A stretch of 57,987 nt of DNA from Candidatus Methylomirabilia bacterium (GTDB lineage Bacteria > Methylomirabilota > Methylomirabilia > Rokubacteriales > CSP1-6), in the NCBI GenBank assembly GCA_041497895.1, contig JBGQHJ010000010.1, positions 1-57,987 of the forward strand, read 5' to 3'. The notes under the pieces were generated by a model. The model was not told the origin of the DNA, did no database searches, and saw only the letters and a list, made by a program, of their open reading frames with translations. The position numbers were made by a program, and so were the translations under genes. This document shows positions 29,517 through 39,153 of this stretch, piece by piece (position 1 is the stretch's first letter; each line of letters begins with the position of its first letter).

Positions 29517-32251
29517 CAGGGTCTCCGGCGCACCGCGACCGGCACCAGGTCGGCGCCGCTGCCGGTCGCGTCGGTCAGGGCGAGATCCATGCTCGCCACC
29601 TGGTTGAGGCTCGGCATCCCGAGATCGCGGGCGAAGGGCGTCGCCCAGTGGCCGAACTGCTGGAGCATCACCACCACGTCCGGCCGCACCCCCTCGCGCA
29701 GGATGGCGCGCCCGCAGGTCGCCCCGGTCGGCGACTCGACCTCGACCAGATCGCCGTCCGCGATGCCGAGGCGGCCCGCCGCCGCCCGGTTCAGCATCAC
29801 GCCGAAGTGGCCCGCGACGTGGCGGGCGACGTCGGCCAGCACCGGCAGCGACACGTTCGCGCCCCACGAGTACTGCATGCTGCGGCTGGTGAGGAGCCAG
29901 AACGGGAAGGCCTCGGGCGCCCGCCCGCGCAGAACCCCGGCCTGCTTCCAGAGCCCCGGGAAGTCCTTCCACTCCGGCAGCGCCTGGTATTCCTCGAGCT
30001 GGGCGTCCCACCAGCTGATGCCGCGCTCGTGCAGGCGCGCCGCCAGCTCGGAGCCGATCCGCTTGATGCGCTCCTGGTAGGGCAGCTCGTAGCGGAGGCC
30101 GCGGGCGACCATGGTCCGGTGGAGGAAGTACTGCTCGGTCGCGAACGGGACCGTGAAGGCGCCGTGGCGCTTGAACCACTCGAGATCGTGCTCGACCGCC
30201 CCGCCGGTGAGCGAGAGGGTGGCGGCCCGGCAGACCCGGTCCCAGATCAGGGCCGCGGCGGGCGGGCGCGTCGGGTCGAGGGACCGGTCGTAACCCGGGC
30301 CGGCGAGCGGCACGGTGGTCCCGCTGCCCCGGTTGAGCGCGGCGAGGTACTCGGCGAGCAGGCCGGTGCGCCGCGCCAGCTCGGTGGCCACGTCGGTCAG
30401 GTCGCGCGTGTCAAACTGCGAGGCGACCACCGGCTGCCGGAGCGCCCAGCCGGCGTGCTCCCAGTACTGCTCGATGTATTTGGTGCCGCCGATCCGGTAG
30501 AGCTGGAGCGATTCGAGGTCGGTGGCCTCGGGCAGCAGGAGATCGGCGTACCAGTTGGTCTCGTCCTGGGTGTAGGCGAAGGCGGCGACGAAGGGAAACC
30601 GCTCGAGCTGGCGCTCCACGCGGTCGGTGCCCCAGTTCGAGATGGCCGGGTTGGTGCGGTAGGTGATCCACACCTCGGGCAGGGTCGGCGCGGGCCAGGG
30701 CTCGGGCGGGTCGTCCAGGAACAGCCACGGCAGATGCGCGGGGCCGAGGGCGGCCGACCACGGCGAGTCGGCGGCGAGCGGGACCAGGGTCTGGTAGGCG
30801 TTGCGGATGCGCGGAGTGCCGTTCCACCGCTCGCGCGCGGTGGGGTTGATCGGCTGCTCCATGAAGCCGTCCGGCCCCGGCTTGACCGACGCCTGGCGGT
30901 TCTGGGCCGGCCGGTTGAGCCGGACCGTCGTGCCGAGGATGCCGCCCGGCACCTCGAGCGCGCCGACCAGCGCCGCGAGCACGGTGCGGGCCCAGCAGCA
31001 TTCGTAGCCACCCCAGCCGTTGGTCACCGTCTTGCCGAGGAGCACCGCCACCGGCCGGTGCGGATACGTGACGCCGTCGATGTCGATGGTGGCGCCCACG
31101 GTCGCGTGCGCCAGGTAGTGGCCGGCGAGACGGCGGATGGTCTCGACCGGCACGTCGGCGACCTGGGCCGCCCATTCCGGGGTGTAGGGCTCGAGGTGGG
31201 CGATCAGATGCGCGAACGCCGGGCGCACCCGCTCGCTCACGGACCGGCGCGCCCCGTCCGCGCCGATCTCGACGCCCGCCGCGATGTAGGCGCCGTCGAG
31301 GGCCGGCGTCACGCACTGGGGGCCGTCGAAGGGCACGGCCCGCTCGCGGCCGCGATCCCACACCAGGGGTTTGCCCGTCTCCGGGTCGCGCAGGTAGTAC
31401 CCGCCCGGGCCTACCAGGTAGGGCCCACTGGTCATCCGCTCGAGGAACGGCACGTCGCACACCGTGCGCCAGTCGCGCTCGCGCAGGATGACGTGGAGCA
31501 GCGCGAAGAGCACCGCGGCATCGGTCTTGGGGCGGACCGGCACCCACTCGCTGGCTCCCGCGCCGGTGACCGAGAGGTGCGGCTCGAGCTGCACCCACTC
31601 GAGCCCGCGGACCCGCGCCTCCGCGTGACGGAAGACCCCGGTCACGCCGCCCGAGGCGTCGCCGTTGTAGCCGAACGACAGCACGAAGTCGCAGCGGGGC
31701 ACGTCGGCGGCGACGGTGAATGCACGGTGCCAGAACTCACCGTAGAGATGCTCGGAGTGATAGCACTTGACCCCCTGGCCGCTGCCGATGCCCTGGTCGA
31801 CCGGCCCCCACGCGGCCAGGAAGGCCGCGAAGGTACCGAGGTAGGCCGGCGCGATGCCGCCCGAGCCGAAGGTCACGGCCAGGCGTGGATAGCCCGCGTC
31901 GTCGATGAGGCCCTTCGCCCGCAGGCCGTTCAGCCGGTCGGCGAGGAGCGCCAGCGCGGTGTCCCAGGAGATCGGCTCCCACCCCGGGTCCTGGTCACGG
32001 CCCTTGCGCGGGTTCGTGCGCCGCATCGGCGACGGCACGCGGGCCGGGTTGTAGAGCTTCTGGATGAGGGCGTAGGCGCGCACGCAGACCTTGCCGCAGG
32101 CGGGGTGGATCCCGGCCAGGTCCGCGTTGGGCTCGACGCCCACCGCGACGCCGTCCTTGACGATCACCTTCAGCAGGTCCGGCCCCGCCACGCACTGGTA
32201 GCAGTAGACCGGGATCCTCTCGACCGACGCCGTCGCCATGGCCGCGCTCAC
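29516..32251 (-). CDS. padB: Mo-bis-PGD oxidoreductase large subunit, phenylacetyl-CoA:acceptor oxidoreductase PadB-like
   Basis: YCYQCVAGPDLL, MRRTNPRKGRDQDPG, GSGQGVKCYHSEHLYGE.WHRAF, SRSMQYSWG, FGHW; no Tat signal seen; start GTG 32251 or ATG 32239. Confidence 0.75.
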   Translation of the reverse strand: MSAAMATASVERIPVYCYQCVAGPDLLKVIVKDGVAVGVEPNADLAGIHPACGKVCVRAYALIQKLYNPARVPSPMRRTNPRKGRDQDPGWEPISWDTALALLADRLNGLRAKGLIDDAGYPRLAVTFGSGGIAPAYLGTFAAFLAAWGPVDQGIGSGQGVKCYHSEHLYGEFWHRAFTVAADVPRCDFVLSFGYNGDASGGVTGVFRHAEARVRGLEWVQLEPHLSVTGAGASEWVPVRPKTDAAVLFALLHVILRERDWRTVCDVPFLERMTSGPYLVGPGGYYLRDPETGKPLVWDRGRERAVPFDGPQCVTPALDGAYIAAGVEIGADGARRSVSERVRPAFAHLIAHLEPYTPEWAAQVADVPVETIRRLAGHYLAHATVGATIDIDGVTYPHRPVAVLLGKTVTNGWGGYECCWARTVLAALVGALEVPGGILGTTVRLNRPAQNRQASVKPGPDGFMEQPINPTARERWNGTPRIRNAYQTLVPLAADSPWSAALGPAHLPWLFLDDPPEPWPAPTLPEVWITYRTNPAISNWGTDRVERQLERFPFVAAFAYTQDETNWYADLLLPEATDLESLQLYRIGGTKYIEQYWEHAGWALRQPVVASQFDTRDLTDVATELARRTGLLAEYLAALNRGSGTTVPLAGPGYDRSLDPTRPPAAALIWDRVCRAATLSLTGGAVEHDLEWFKRHGAFTVPFATEQYFLHRTMVARGLRYELPYQERIKRIGSELAARLHERGISWWDAQLEEYQALPEWKDFPGLWKQAGVLRGRAPEAFPFWLLTSRSMQYSWGANVSLPVLADVARHVAGHFGVMLNRAAAGRLGIADGDLVEVESPTGATCGRAILREGVRPDVVVMLQQFGHWATPFARDLGMPSLNQVASMDLALTDATGSGADLVPVAVRRRP

Positions 32252-33510
32252 CGGCCCGCCGCGGTGAGCTTCCGGTGCTCGAGCGACTCGAAGAAGGCAT
32301 CGATGCGGTTCTTGATCTGCGCCTCCGAGTAGTAGCGCGGATCCTCGAGGTCGGACTCCACCATCAGGGTGGGCACGCCCAGCTCGCGCGTGAAGTAGTC
32401 GCGCATGTCCCCCTGCCCGGCCGAGAAGAGCCGGCACGACTTGATCGAGTGAATGACCAAAGCGTCGGCCTGCCACTCCTCGACGTAGCGCTTGATCTGG
32501 CCGTAGCGGGCCACGATGGAGCGGTTGGTCAGGTTCTCCCGCAGCATCTGCTCCGCGATCGACTCGAGGGGCCGGCGCGGGTCGTGGCGGAAGCCCCACT
32601 CCCAGATCCCGCCGACCGTCGAGTACGTGGACTGCACCGCCACCGCCCCCCACCGGGCGAAGAGGTTCCGGAAGCTCCGGTAGAACGGATAGGGCGGCGG
32701 GCCCTCGACCACGGTGCGGAAGCGCTCCTCGGAGAGCGGCCCCACCCCCTGCCGCGCGAGCTCCTCGAACTCGGCCACCGCGGCATCGAAGAACGCGGCC
32801 GCCTCCGGGGTGCCGCGCAGCACGTTGATCGGGCCCATCATGTTGATGGCGTCGAAGTAGGCGTCGAACGGTGCGGGGCGGTGCTTGCACAGGTCCTTGC
32901 AGCGGGCGTAGCCGTCCTCCGCCCGCGCCGCGTGGGCCAGGATCTCGCGCAGCTCGTCGATGTCGAACTTCCGGCCCGACACCTCCTCGCACAGCGCGAT
33001 CAGCTCGTGGAGCTGGCTCACCACGTACGCCACGTCGCTCGCGCTCGGATGCTCGGTGCGGGCGAACGGGACGTCGAGCATGAACAGGCGGCTCTTCGTC
33101 ACGTCCGCGAGGTGCTCGAACCATTTCACGTAGACGTTGCAGCCCACGTAGTTGCAGACGGTGATGGTCGGGAACGGGATGGGCTTGCCGGGACCCATGC
33201 CGCCGTCGAGGAAGAGCCCGATGTCGGCCTTGACGTAGGCGCAGTTGTCGCTCGAGTAGCCGGCCTGCTCCGCCTTCAGGATCAGGGGAAGCGACTTCTT
33301 GCGGATGGCGTTCTGCAGCGCGGTCACCTCCGGGAACATCGGCAGCACGTGGCCGGCGCGCAGCAGCTCGACGCAGTTGCCCGAGATCATCAGCGCCCCG
33401 GTGGCCCGACCCTCGGCCTCCGCGCGGCCGAGCTCGGCCATCCAGGCCCCCATCAGCTGTCGCGAGTGCTCGTGCACCCCGCCCTGGTACTGCCGCTCGG
33501 TCACCGCCAT
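32248..33510 (-). CDS. bcrB: Benzoyl-CoA reductase subunit B-like (2-hydroxyacyl-CoA dehydratase family)
   Basis: GYSSDNCAYVKADIG, GC..Y.KWFE, VVEGPP, GFRHDP, SIKSC..FSAGQ, DLEDPRYYS.A..KNR. Confidence 0.8.
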   Translation of the reverse strand: MAVTERQYQGGVHEHSRQLMGAWMAELGRAEAEGRATGALMISGNCVELLRAGHVLPMFPEVTALQNAIRKKSLPLILKAEQAGYSSDNCAYVKADIGLFLDGGMGPGKPIPFPTITVCNYVGCNVYVKWFEHLADVTKSRLFMLDVPFARTEHPSASDVAYVVSQLHELIALCEEVSGRKFDIDELREILAHAARAEDGYARCKDLCKHRPAPFDAYFDAINMMGPINVLRGTPEAAAFFDAAVAEFEELARQGVGPLSEERFRTVVEGPPPYPFYRSFRNLFARWGAVAVQSTYSTVGGIWEWGFRHDPRRPLESIAEQMLRENLTNRSIVARYGQIKRYVEEWQADALVIHSIKSCRLFSAGQGDMRDYFTRELGVPTLMVESDLEDPRYYSEAQIKNRIDAFFESLEHRKLTAAGR

Positions 33511-33532
33511 GGATCCCTCCCGGGTGCGCCAG

Positions 33533-34687
33533 TCAGTCGAAGAGCATGGACTCGACGAAGGTCTCGATCTCGTTGCGGGTGCGCTCGAACGTCCACATCT
33601 TCTCCTCGAACTCCACGAGCAGGTGCGGGACGCCCGCCCGCTCGAGGCCCTGCTTCATGAGCACGTAGTCGAACAGGGCCGGCTCGCAGAACTTGGCGGG
33701 CAGGAACACGACCGCGTCGGCGCGGGCCCGTCGCACCTTCTCGATGAGCCCGTCGGCCCGGTGCTGCCGGCTCTCGTGCCGGGTCGACGAGGGCACCGCC
33801 TGGTTCACGTAGGCGGTCCCGAGGCGCTCGAAGGGGTCGCCCTCGGTGGCGACGTCGCCGGTGAACCAGCGCCAGCCGAGCAGGAAATCGTCCTCGACCA
33901 CGTAGCAGCCCGCCTCCTCCAGGACCTCGAGTAGACCGAGCGGGGGCTGCTCGCAGAAGGCGCCCTCGACGACCACCCGGAGACGATCGTGCGGACGGCC
34001 CTCGCGCCGGGGCAGCTCGGCCAGGAGCGTGTCGAGCCAGGCGAGCCCGTCCTCGGGCGGGGTCATCGTCAGGGCGCGGAGCACCGAGTAGAGCTCGCTC
34101 GTCGTGAGCTTGTGGGGCTCCGCGATGCGGAGGGCGTAGAGAGCCCGGACCCGGGCCCGCAGCGTGTTGTAGACCTCCACGCTCTTGGCGAGGGCGGCCG
34201 CGGTCACCGGGAGGCCCCAGTGGCGCTCGAGGCCCTCGCCGAGCCGCCGCAGCTCGCCCGCCGTGTACGCGGCCACCGCCGGCGAGGTGGAGTTCTGCGG
34301 CAGGTGCAGATACTCGACGAAGATCCCGGGGAAGTTCCGCTGGTAGATGCTCCCGAGGTTGCGCGCGACGTCGCAGATGTTGGAGAACACGAGCCCGTCG
34401 ACCCCCTTGAGCAGGTCCTGGAAGCCCAGCTCGAGGCTCGACTTCGCGATCGAGCACACGAACGACTGGAAGCGCGCGTCGGCGTGGGTCAGCTCGACCG
34501 AGGTGCCGCCGCCGAAGAGGCCGAGCGGCAGGACGCCCGCCGCGTGCAGCACCTCGGCGGGGGCGAAGACCGGGTAGGCGGCCACCACCCGCCCTCCCGG
34601 GTGACGCATCTTCCACTCCTCAGCCACGACGCCGAGGGAGCGGCCGGTCAGCTCGCGGCAGTGCGCGACGATCTGGTCGACGGTCAT
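33533..34687 (-). CDS. bcrC: Benzoyl-CoA reductase subunit C-like
   Basis: HAAGVLPLG..GGG, QSFVCSI, ICDV.RNL, PQN, GAFCEQPPL, FCEPAL. Confidence 0.8.
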   Translation of the reverse strand: MTVDQIVAHCRELTGRSLGVVAEEWKMRHPGGRVVAAYPVFAPAEVLHAAGVLPLGLFGGGTSVELTHADARFQSFVCSIAKSSLELGFQDLLKGVDGLVFSNICDVARNLGSIYQRNFPGIFVEYLHLPQNSTSPAVAAYTAGELRRLGEGLERHWGLPVTAAALAKSVEVYNTLRARVRALYALRIAEPHKLTTSELYSVLRALTMTPPEDGLAWLDTLLAELPRREGRPHDRLRVVVEGAFCEQPPLGLLEVLEEAGCYVVEDDFLLGWRWFTGDVATEGDPFERLGTAYVNQAVPSSTRHESRQHRADGLIEKVRRARADAVVFLPAKFCEPALFDYVLMKQGLERAGVPHLLVEFEEKMWTFERTRNEIETFVESMLFD

Positions 34688-34697
34688 GGGAGTCTCC

Positions 34698-35324
34698 TCA
34701 GGCCGCGTCCGGGGCGCTCGCGCCCACCGCGGACACCCGGTGCTCCGCTGCCGGGCGTCCGAGGAAGCCGTGCAGGAAGAGCGCTCCGACCTGGGCGGCC
34801 AGCGCGGACGTGTCCTCGGCCGAGTGCAGGAACGGGCGGGTGGCGATGCCGTTCAGCATCCCGAGCAGCAGGTTCGTGGCCGAGTGGAGCTCCTCCGGCG
34901 ACCGCCGGTGCGGGTCGACCTCCTGGAGAACGGCGAGCCCCCGGGTGAGGTAGGCCTGGCGCTTGGCCGCCACCTCGGCGCGCGCCGGCCCCTCGAGCAG
35001 CTCGTGATCCCGGTTGATGATCTTGAGCGCAGCGGCCTGGCGGAAGCCGAACTCGAGATGGGTGCGGATCAGCTCCCGGAGACGCTCCTCGGGCGTCCGC
35101 GCCCCGGCGAGCGCCCGGTCGAGGTCCTCGATCAGCCGATCGAGCGCGCGGTCGAGAACGAGGAAGAGGAGCTCGGGCTTGCCGCCGACGTAGTGGTAGA
35201 GGCCGGCGAGGGAGAGCCCCGCGGCGCGCGCGATCTCCCGGATGGAGGCCTGGTGGAAACCGCGGCGCGCGATGACGTCACCCGCGGCCCCGAGGATCCC
35301 ATCGTACCGTGCGCCGATCGCCAT
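34698..35324 (-). CDS. TetR/AcrR family regulator (KstR2/PaaR-like)
   Basis: GFHQASIREIARAAGLSLAGLYHY..GK.ELL HTH; first gene of the bcr/pad operon. Confidence 0.88.
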   Translation of the reverse strand: MAIGARYDGILGAAGDVIARRGFHQASIREIARAAGLSLAGLYHYVGGKPELLFLVLDRALDRLIEDLDRALAGARTPEERLRELIRTHLEFGFRQAAALKIINRDHELLEGPARAEVAAKRQAYLTRGLAVLQEVDPHRRSPEELHSATNLLLGMLNGIATRPFLHSAEDTSALAAQVGALFLHGFLGRPAAEHRVSAVGASAPDAA

Positions 35325-35337
35325 GCCGATCCTCCGT

Positions 35338-35368
35338 CCAATCGCCCGTTCGGTTGGTGCCTACGGTA
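35338..35368 (-). promoter_or_regulatory. Putative TetR operator CCAATCG-N6-CGGTTGG overlapping the TSS, with -10 TACCGT
   Basis: 6/7 inverted repeat at 35338-35357; minus-strand TACCGT at 35368-35363. Confidence 0.55.
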
Positions 35369-35438
35369 GGCCGTTCGGGGCGGCCCGAGAATCCGGCGAT
35401 TGCCTCATTTCCATGAGGCAAACGCTCCGGTTCGGGCC

Positions 35439-36056
35439 CTACAGCAGACGGTGGGTCATGGCGTAGGAGACCGCTTCGAGCCGGCTGTGCACGCCGAGCT
35501 TGCCGAGGATGTTCTGCACGTGGTTCCGGACCGTCGCCCGGCTCACGTGCAGGCGCTCCGCGGCGACCTTGGTGTTGGCGCCGCCGGCCATGAGGCGCAG
35601 CACCTCCAGCTCGCGCCGCGTGAGGCCGGCGGTCCCGTCGGCCGGCGCGGGCGGGCCGGCCAGGCGCTCCTGGACCAGGCGCAGCAGCGCCTTGGTCTCG
35701 GTGACGTCGCGGAAGAGGTGCGTCGTCATCCCGTCCGGCGAGGTCAGCGTGCTGACGTTGATCCAGATGGGGTGGCCGGCCTTGGTCCGGCTCTGCATGT
35801 CGAAGCTGTGCACCGGCTCGCGCAGCTGGACCAGGCTCATCACGTGGCAGCCGCGGTAGCACAGGCGGTTGCCGTCGTCGTCACGGCCGACGAAGATGTC
35901 GCAGCACGGCCGCCCGATCACCTCGCGGGCGCTGTAGCCGAGCAGCTTCTCGGCCGCGCGATTCCACAGCACGATGCGCCCGTCGGCGATCACGAACGCA
36001 CCGTCGGCGGTGTTGGCGAGGGCGTCGTCGAGCGGCCCGTGGTCACGTGAGCTCAT
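35439..36056 (-). CDS. PAS + LuxR-HTH one-component regulator
   Basis: ADGAFVI.DGRIVLWNRAAE.LLGY...EVIG.PC PAS; LTRRELEVL....G...VRNHVQNILGKLGVHSRLEAV LuxR. Confidence 0.9.
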   Translation of the reverse strand: MSSRDHGPLDDALANTADGAFVIADGRIVLWNRAAEKLLGYSAREVIGRPCCDIFVGRDDDGNRLCYRGCHVMSLVQLREPVHSFDMQSRTKAGHPIWINVSTLTSPDGMTTHLFRDVTETKALLRLVQERLAGPPAPADGTAGLTRRELEVLRLMAGGANTKVAAERLHVSRATVRNHVQNILGKLGVHSRLEAVSYAMTHRLL

Positions 36057-36425
36057 GCGCGTCTCCTCGCCCTCACCACCTGCCAGTCGTCTGCTCGACG
36101 GAGTGCATCGTGCGGCCGCCCATGCCCGGGCCTGCTTGGCGTCGTCCTCGCTGATCTGCGAGGCCGCCGGGCCCGAGCCGGCCCCGGCGCAGCCGCTTCC
36201 GCCCATCATCCGCCCATTCGCGCCCATCCCATCCTCGCTCCCCAGCCCATCCGTTGCGCGAATCGATGCCGTATCCACTCTTTCGCGCCACGGGCCGCGT
36301 GAGCGTAGTCGTGCATGGGATGTGCCCAGGACATGAACCGCGATGTCGCGGGGACTTGTGACGCGCCCGTCACCGGGCGGACGGGGCGGCGCGCCCCCAG
36401 GTGAGGCCGCGCCACCCCGAGCGAT

Positions 36426-36926
36426 CTAGCCGGCGCGCCTGAAGAGCGCCACCAGGACGAGGACGCTGCCGAGTCCGCCCGCCGCGGCCAGCAGTGGCGA
36501 GGCCATGACGGGCAGCGTCCCCGCGACGGCGGCCGCCAGCTCCATGGCCAGCGTCGCGGCCAGGAACGATCCCGCTGCGAGGGCGATCCATCGGGCGAGC
36601 GTCGCGCCGACGACCGGCCCGTGCACGGTCGCGCCGCGGGCGCGGCGGGCCAGGTCGACGGCCCCCAGCAGCAGGAGCAGCGCGAGCCCCAGAACGAGGG
36701 CCGCGCCCGGATCCACGGGCCGGCCCTCGAGCTGGAGGGCCAGCGCGTAGCCCACCAGGAACACGATCGCGGCCGCGGTGGCCGCCCACCGCCAGCGCGC
36801 GACGATCGCCACCGCGGCCAGGGCCAGGCCGAGCAGGCCGACCCAGACCACCACCAACGACGGCGTGCTCAGCCGGAGCACCGCGAACAGCGCGGCGGCG
36901 GATGCGGCGGCGAGGAGCCGGATCAT
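36426..36926 (-). CDS. Hypothetical membrane protein (MoxR operon)
   Basis: Hydrophobic helices; ATGA overlap with DUF58 gene. Confidence 0.65.
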   Translation of the reverse strand: MIRLLAAASAAALFAVLRLSTPSLVVVWVGLLGLALAAVAIVARWRWAATAAAIVFLVGYALALQLEGRPVDPGAALVLGLALLLLLGAVDLARRARGATVHGPVVGATLARWIALAAGSFLAATLAMELAAAVAGTLPVMASPLLAAAGGLGSVLVLVALFRRAG

Positions 36927-38200
36927 CCCGCGCTCGCCAGCCGGACCCGCCGGCGGCGGCCGCCCACGAGGGCCGCCTCGAGCGGCTCGGGGGGACGCCA
37001 CTCGAGAACCGGCAGGCCGTGCCGGCGCAGCCCGGCGAGCTCCGAGCGCCGCTCGAGGGCCCAGAGCCGACAGGCCAGGTCGTCGGCCGGCGACCCCGCG
37101 AGGGCGGCGCGTGTGACCTCGACCGGCGAGACCACCAGCACCACCAGGTCGAAGCCCCGCGCGGCGAGATCGAGCACCGCCTTCGCGAAGCGAGGATCGA
37201 GCAGGGGCGTGATCGCGATCACGAGCGCCTGCGGCGACAGGACCCGCGGCGGCACCCGCAGCAGGTCCTTGGCCACGTAGGTGAACACGATGTCGGCTCG
37301 CACGAGACCGTCGACGAGGCGCTCGTACTGCGCCGCCCCCGACCCCGGCCTCACCCAGCTCATCACCCCGCCGTAGGTGATGAGGCCGACGCGGTCCTTC
37401 CGGGCCAGATACGCGGTGGCCAGGGAGGCCGCCGCGCGGACGCCCTGATCGAGCGTGGTCTCGGACGGCCCGCCCACCTCGGCGAGCGTGTCGAGCATGA
37501 GGACCACGTCGGCGTTGCGCTCGCGATGCCGCTGGGTGACGTAGAGCTGGCCCAGGCGCAGGGAGGCGCGCCAGTTCACGTGCCGGATCCGGTCGCCGGG
37601 CGCGAACTGGCGGATGTCGCCGGGCTCGATGCCTTCCCCGAGCGCGGAGGAGACGTAGTCGCCCACCGACGGCTGGGTGCGGAACGGCCGGGGCAGGCTC
37701 CGGAGCGGGACGATCCGCGGATAGACGCGCACCGTCATGGGGTCGACGTAGCGATGCTCCCAGCTGCGCAGGCCGAGCCGATCCCGCACCCGGACCGCGA
37801 TCGTGCCCAGGTCGTGCACGCCGCGCCGCGGGAAGCGGAGCTCGTAGCTCCACTCGACCGCATCGCCCGCGCGGAGGGCCATCATTGCGCGATGGCGACC
37901 GGACCGAAGCTCGGCGCCGGGCGGAAGCGGGCCCAGCAGCTCGACCAGCGCGACCGGCGCGTCGGCCGAGACCGTCACCGTGACCGTCGTGGTCTCGCCC
38001 TCGAAGAGCCGATCGGTCGAGATCCGGTGGGCGACCGCGCAGCGCGGGACCGGGGCTCGGCGCGCCAGCGCGGCGAGCACGAGCAGGCCCGGCAGGGCGA
38101 CCAGGAACGGCTCCGGGCGCGCGGCCAGGACCCCGAGCGAGACCGCCCACGCCGCGACGGCCAGGATCGACAGCGCGAGCGGGGTCAGTCGCCCGGTCAT
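36923..38200 (-). CDS. DUF58 family protein
   Basis: IRQFAPGDRIRHVNWRAS, AASLA..YL..KDRVGL; adjacent to MoxR. Confidence 0.88.
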   Translation of the reverse strand: MTGRLTPLALSILAVAAWAVSLGVLAARPEPFLVALPGLLVLAALARRAPVPRCAVAHRISTDRLFEGETTTVTVTVSADAPVALVELLGPLPPGAELRSGRHRAMMALRAGDAVEWSYELRFPRRGVHDLGTIAVRVRDRLGLRSWEHRYVDPMTVRVYPRIVPLRSLPRPFRTQPSVGDYVSSALGEGIEPGDIRQFAPGDRIRHVNWRASLRLGQLYVTQRHRERNADVVLMLDTLAEVGGPSETTLDQGVRAAASLATAYLARKDRVGLITYGGVMSWVRPGSGAAQYERLVDGLVRADIVFTYVAKDLLRVPPRVLSPQALVIAITPLLDPRFAKAVLDLAARGFDLVVLVVSPVEVTRAALAGSPADDLACRLWALERRSELAGLRRHGLPVLEWRPPEPLEAALVGGRRRRVRLASAG

Positions 38201-39153
38201 CGAGCCTCGGGGCCCGGCGCCGGCACCTGCGCCAGCAGGCTCTCCACCACCTGCGCCGGGGAGATCCGCGCCGCCCAGAGCTCGGGCTTGAGGATGAGCC
38301 GGTGCGCGAGCGCGGGCACCGCCATGGCCTTCACGTCGTCCGGCAGCACGAAATCGCGGCGATCGATCGCGGCCACCGCGCGGGCCAGCTTGAGCAGCGC
38401 GAGCGCGCCCCGCGGGGAGGCGCCGAGGGCCACGCGCGGGTCGGACCGGGTGGCCTGCACGAGATCCACGATGTAGCGCTCGACGACCGCGGCCACGTGC
38501 ACCTCTTCCAGGCTCGCCTGCATGGCGGCGAGCTCCGCCCGCGAGAGCACCGGCGCGACGTGCACCGCGTCCTCCCGCCGGCGGCGGCGCCGGGCCAGGA
38601 TCTCGATCTCCTCGTCGCGGTCCGGATAGCCCACGTGGAGGCGCATCAGGAAGCGATCGAGCTGCGCCTCCGGCAGCGGGTACGTCCCCTCGAGCTCGAT
38701 CGGGTTCTGGGTCGCGATGACGAGGAACGGCGCCGCGAGGGGGAAGCGCTCGCCCTCGATCGTGACCTGCGACTCCTGCATCGCCTCGAGCAGCGCGCTC
38801 TGGGTCTTGGGCGTGGCCCGGTTGATCTCGTCGGCCAGGAGCAGGTTGGTGAAGATGGGCCCGCGCCGGAACTCGAAGCGGCCCTCCCGCTGATCGTAGA
38901 GGAAGCTCCCGGTGACGTCGCTCGGCAGGAGGTCGGGCGTGAACTGGATCCGCTTGAAGTCCAGATCGAGGCTCTGGGAGACGAGGCGGGCGATGAGCGT
39001 CTTGGCCAGCCCCGGGTAGTCCTCGATGAGGATGTGCCCGTTGGCGAGGATGCCGGCCAGGATCTGCCGCAGGACGGTGGACTTGCCCACGATCACCTGG
39101 CCGAGCGCGGCGAGGACGTCGTGGCTGCGATCGGCCACCGTCTCGAGCTTCAC
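38197..39153 (-). CDS. moxR: MoxR AAA+ ATPase
   Basis: EDYPGLAKT, RIQFTPDLLPSD, LADEINRATPKTQSALLEAM, ATQNPIE.EGTYPLPEAQLDRF. Confidence 0.92.
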   Translation of the reverse strand: MKLETVADRSHDVLAALGQVIVGKSTVLRQILAGILANGHILIEDYPGLAKTLIARLVSQSLDLDFKRIQFTPDLLPSDVTGSFLYDQREGRFEFRRGPIFTNLLLADEINRATPKTQSALLEAMQESQVTIEGERFPLAAPFLVIATQNPIELEGTYPLPEAQLDRFLMRLHVGYPDRDEEIEILARRRRRREDAVHVAPVLSRAELAAMQASLEEVHVAAVVERYIVDLVQATRSDPRVALGASPRGALALLKLARAVAAIDRRDFVLPDDVKAMAVPALAHRLILKPELWAARISPAQVVESLLAQVPAPGPEAR

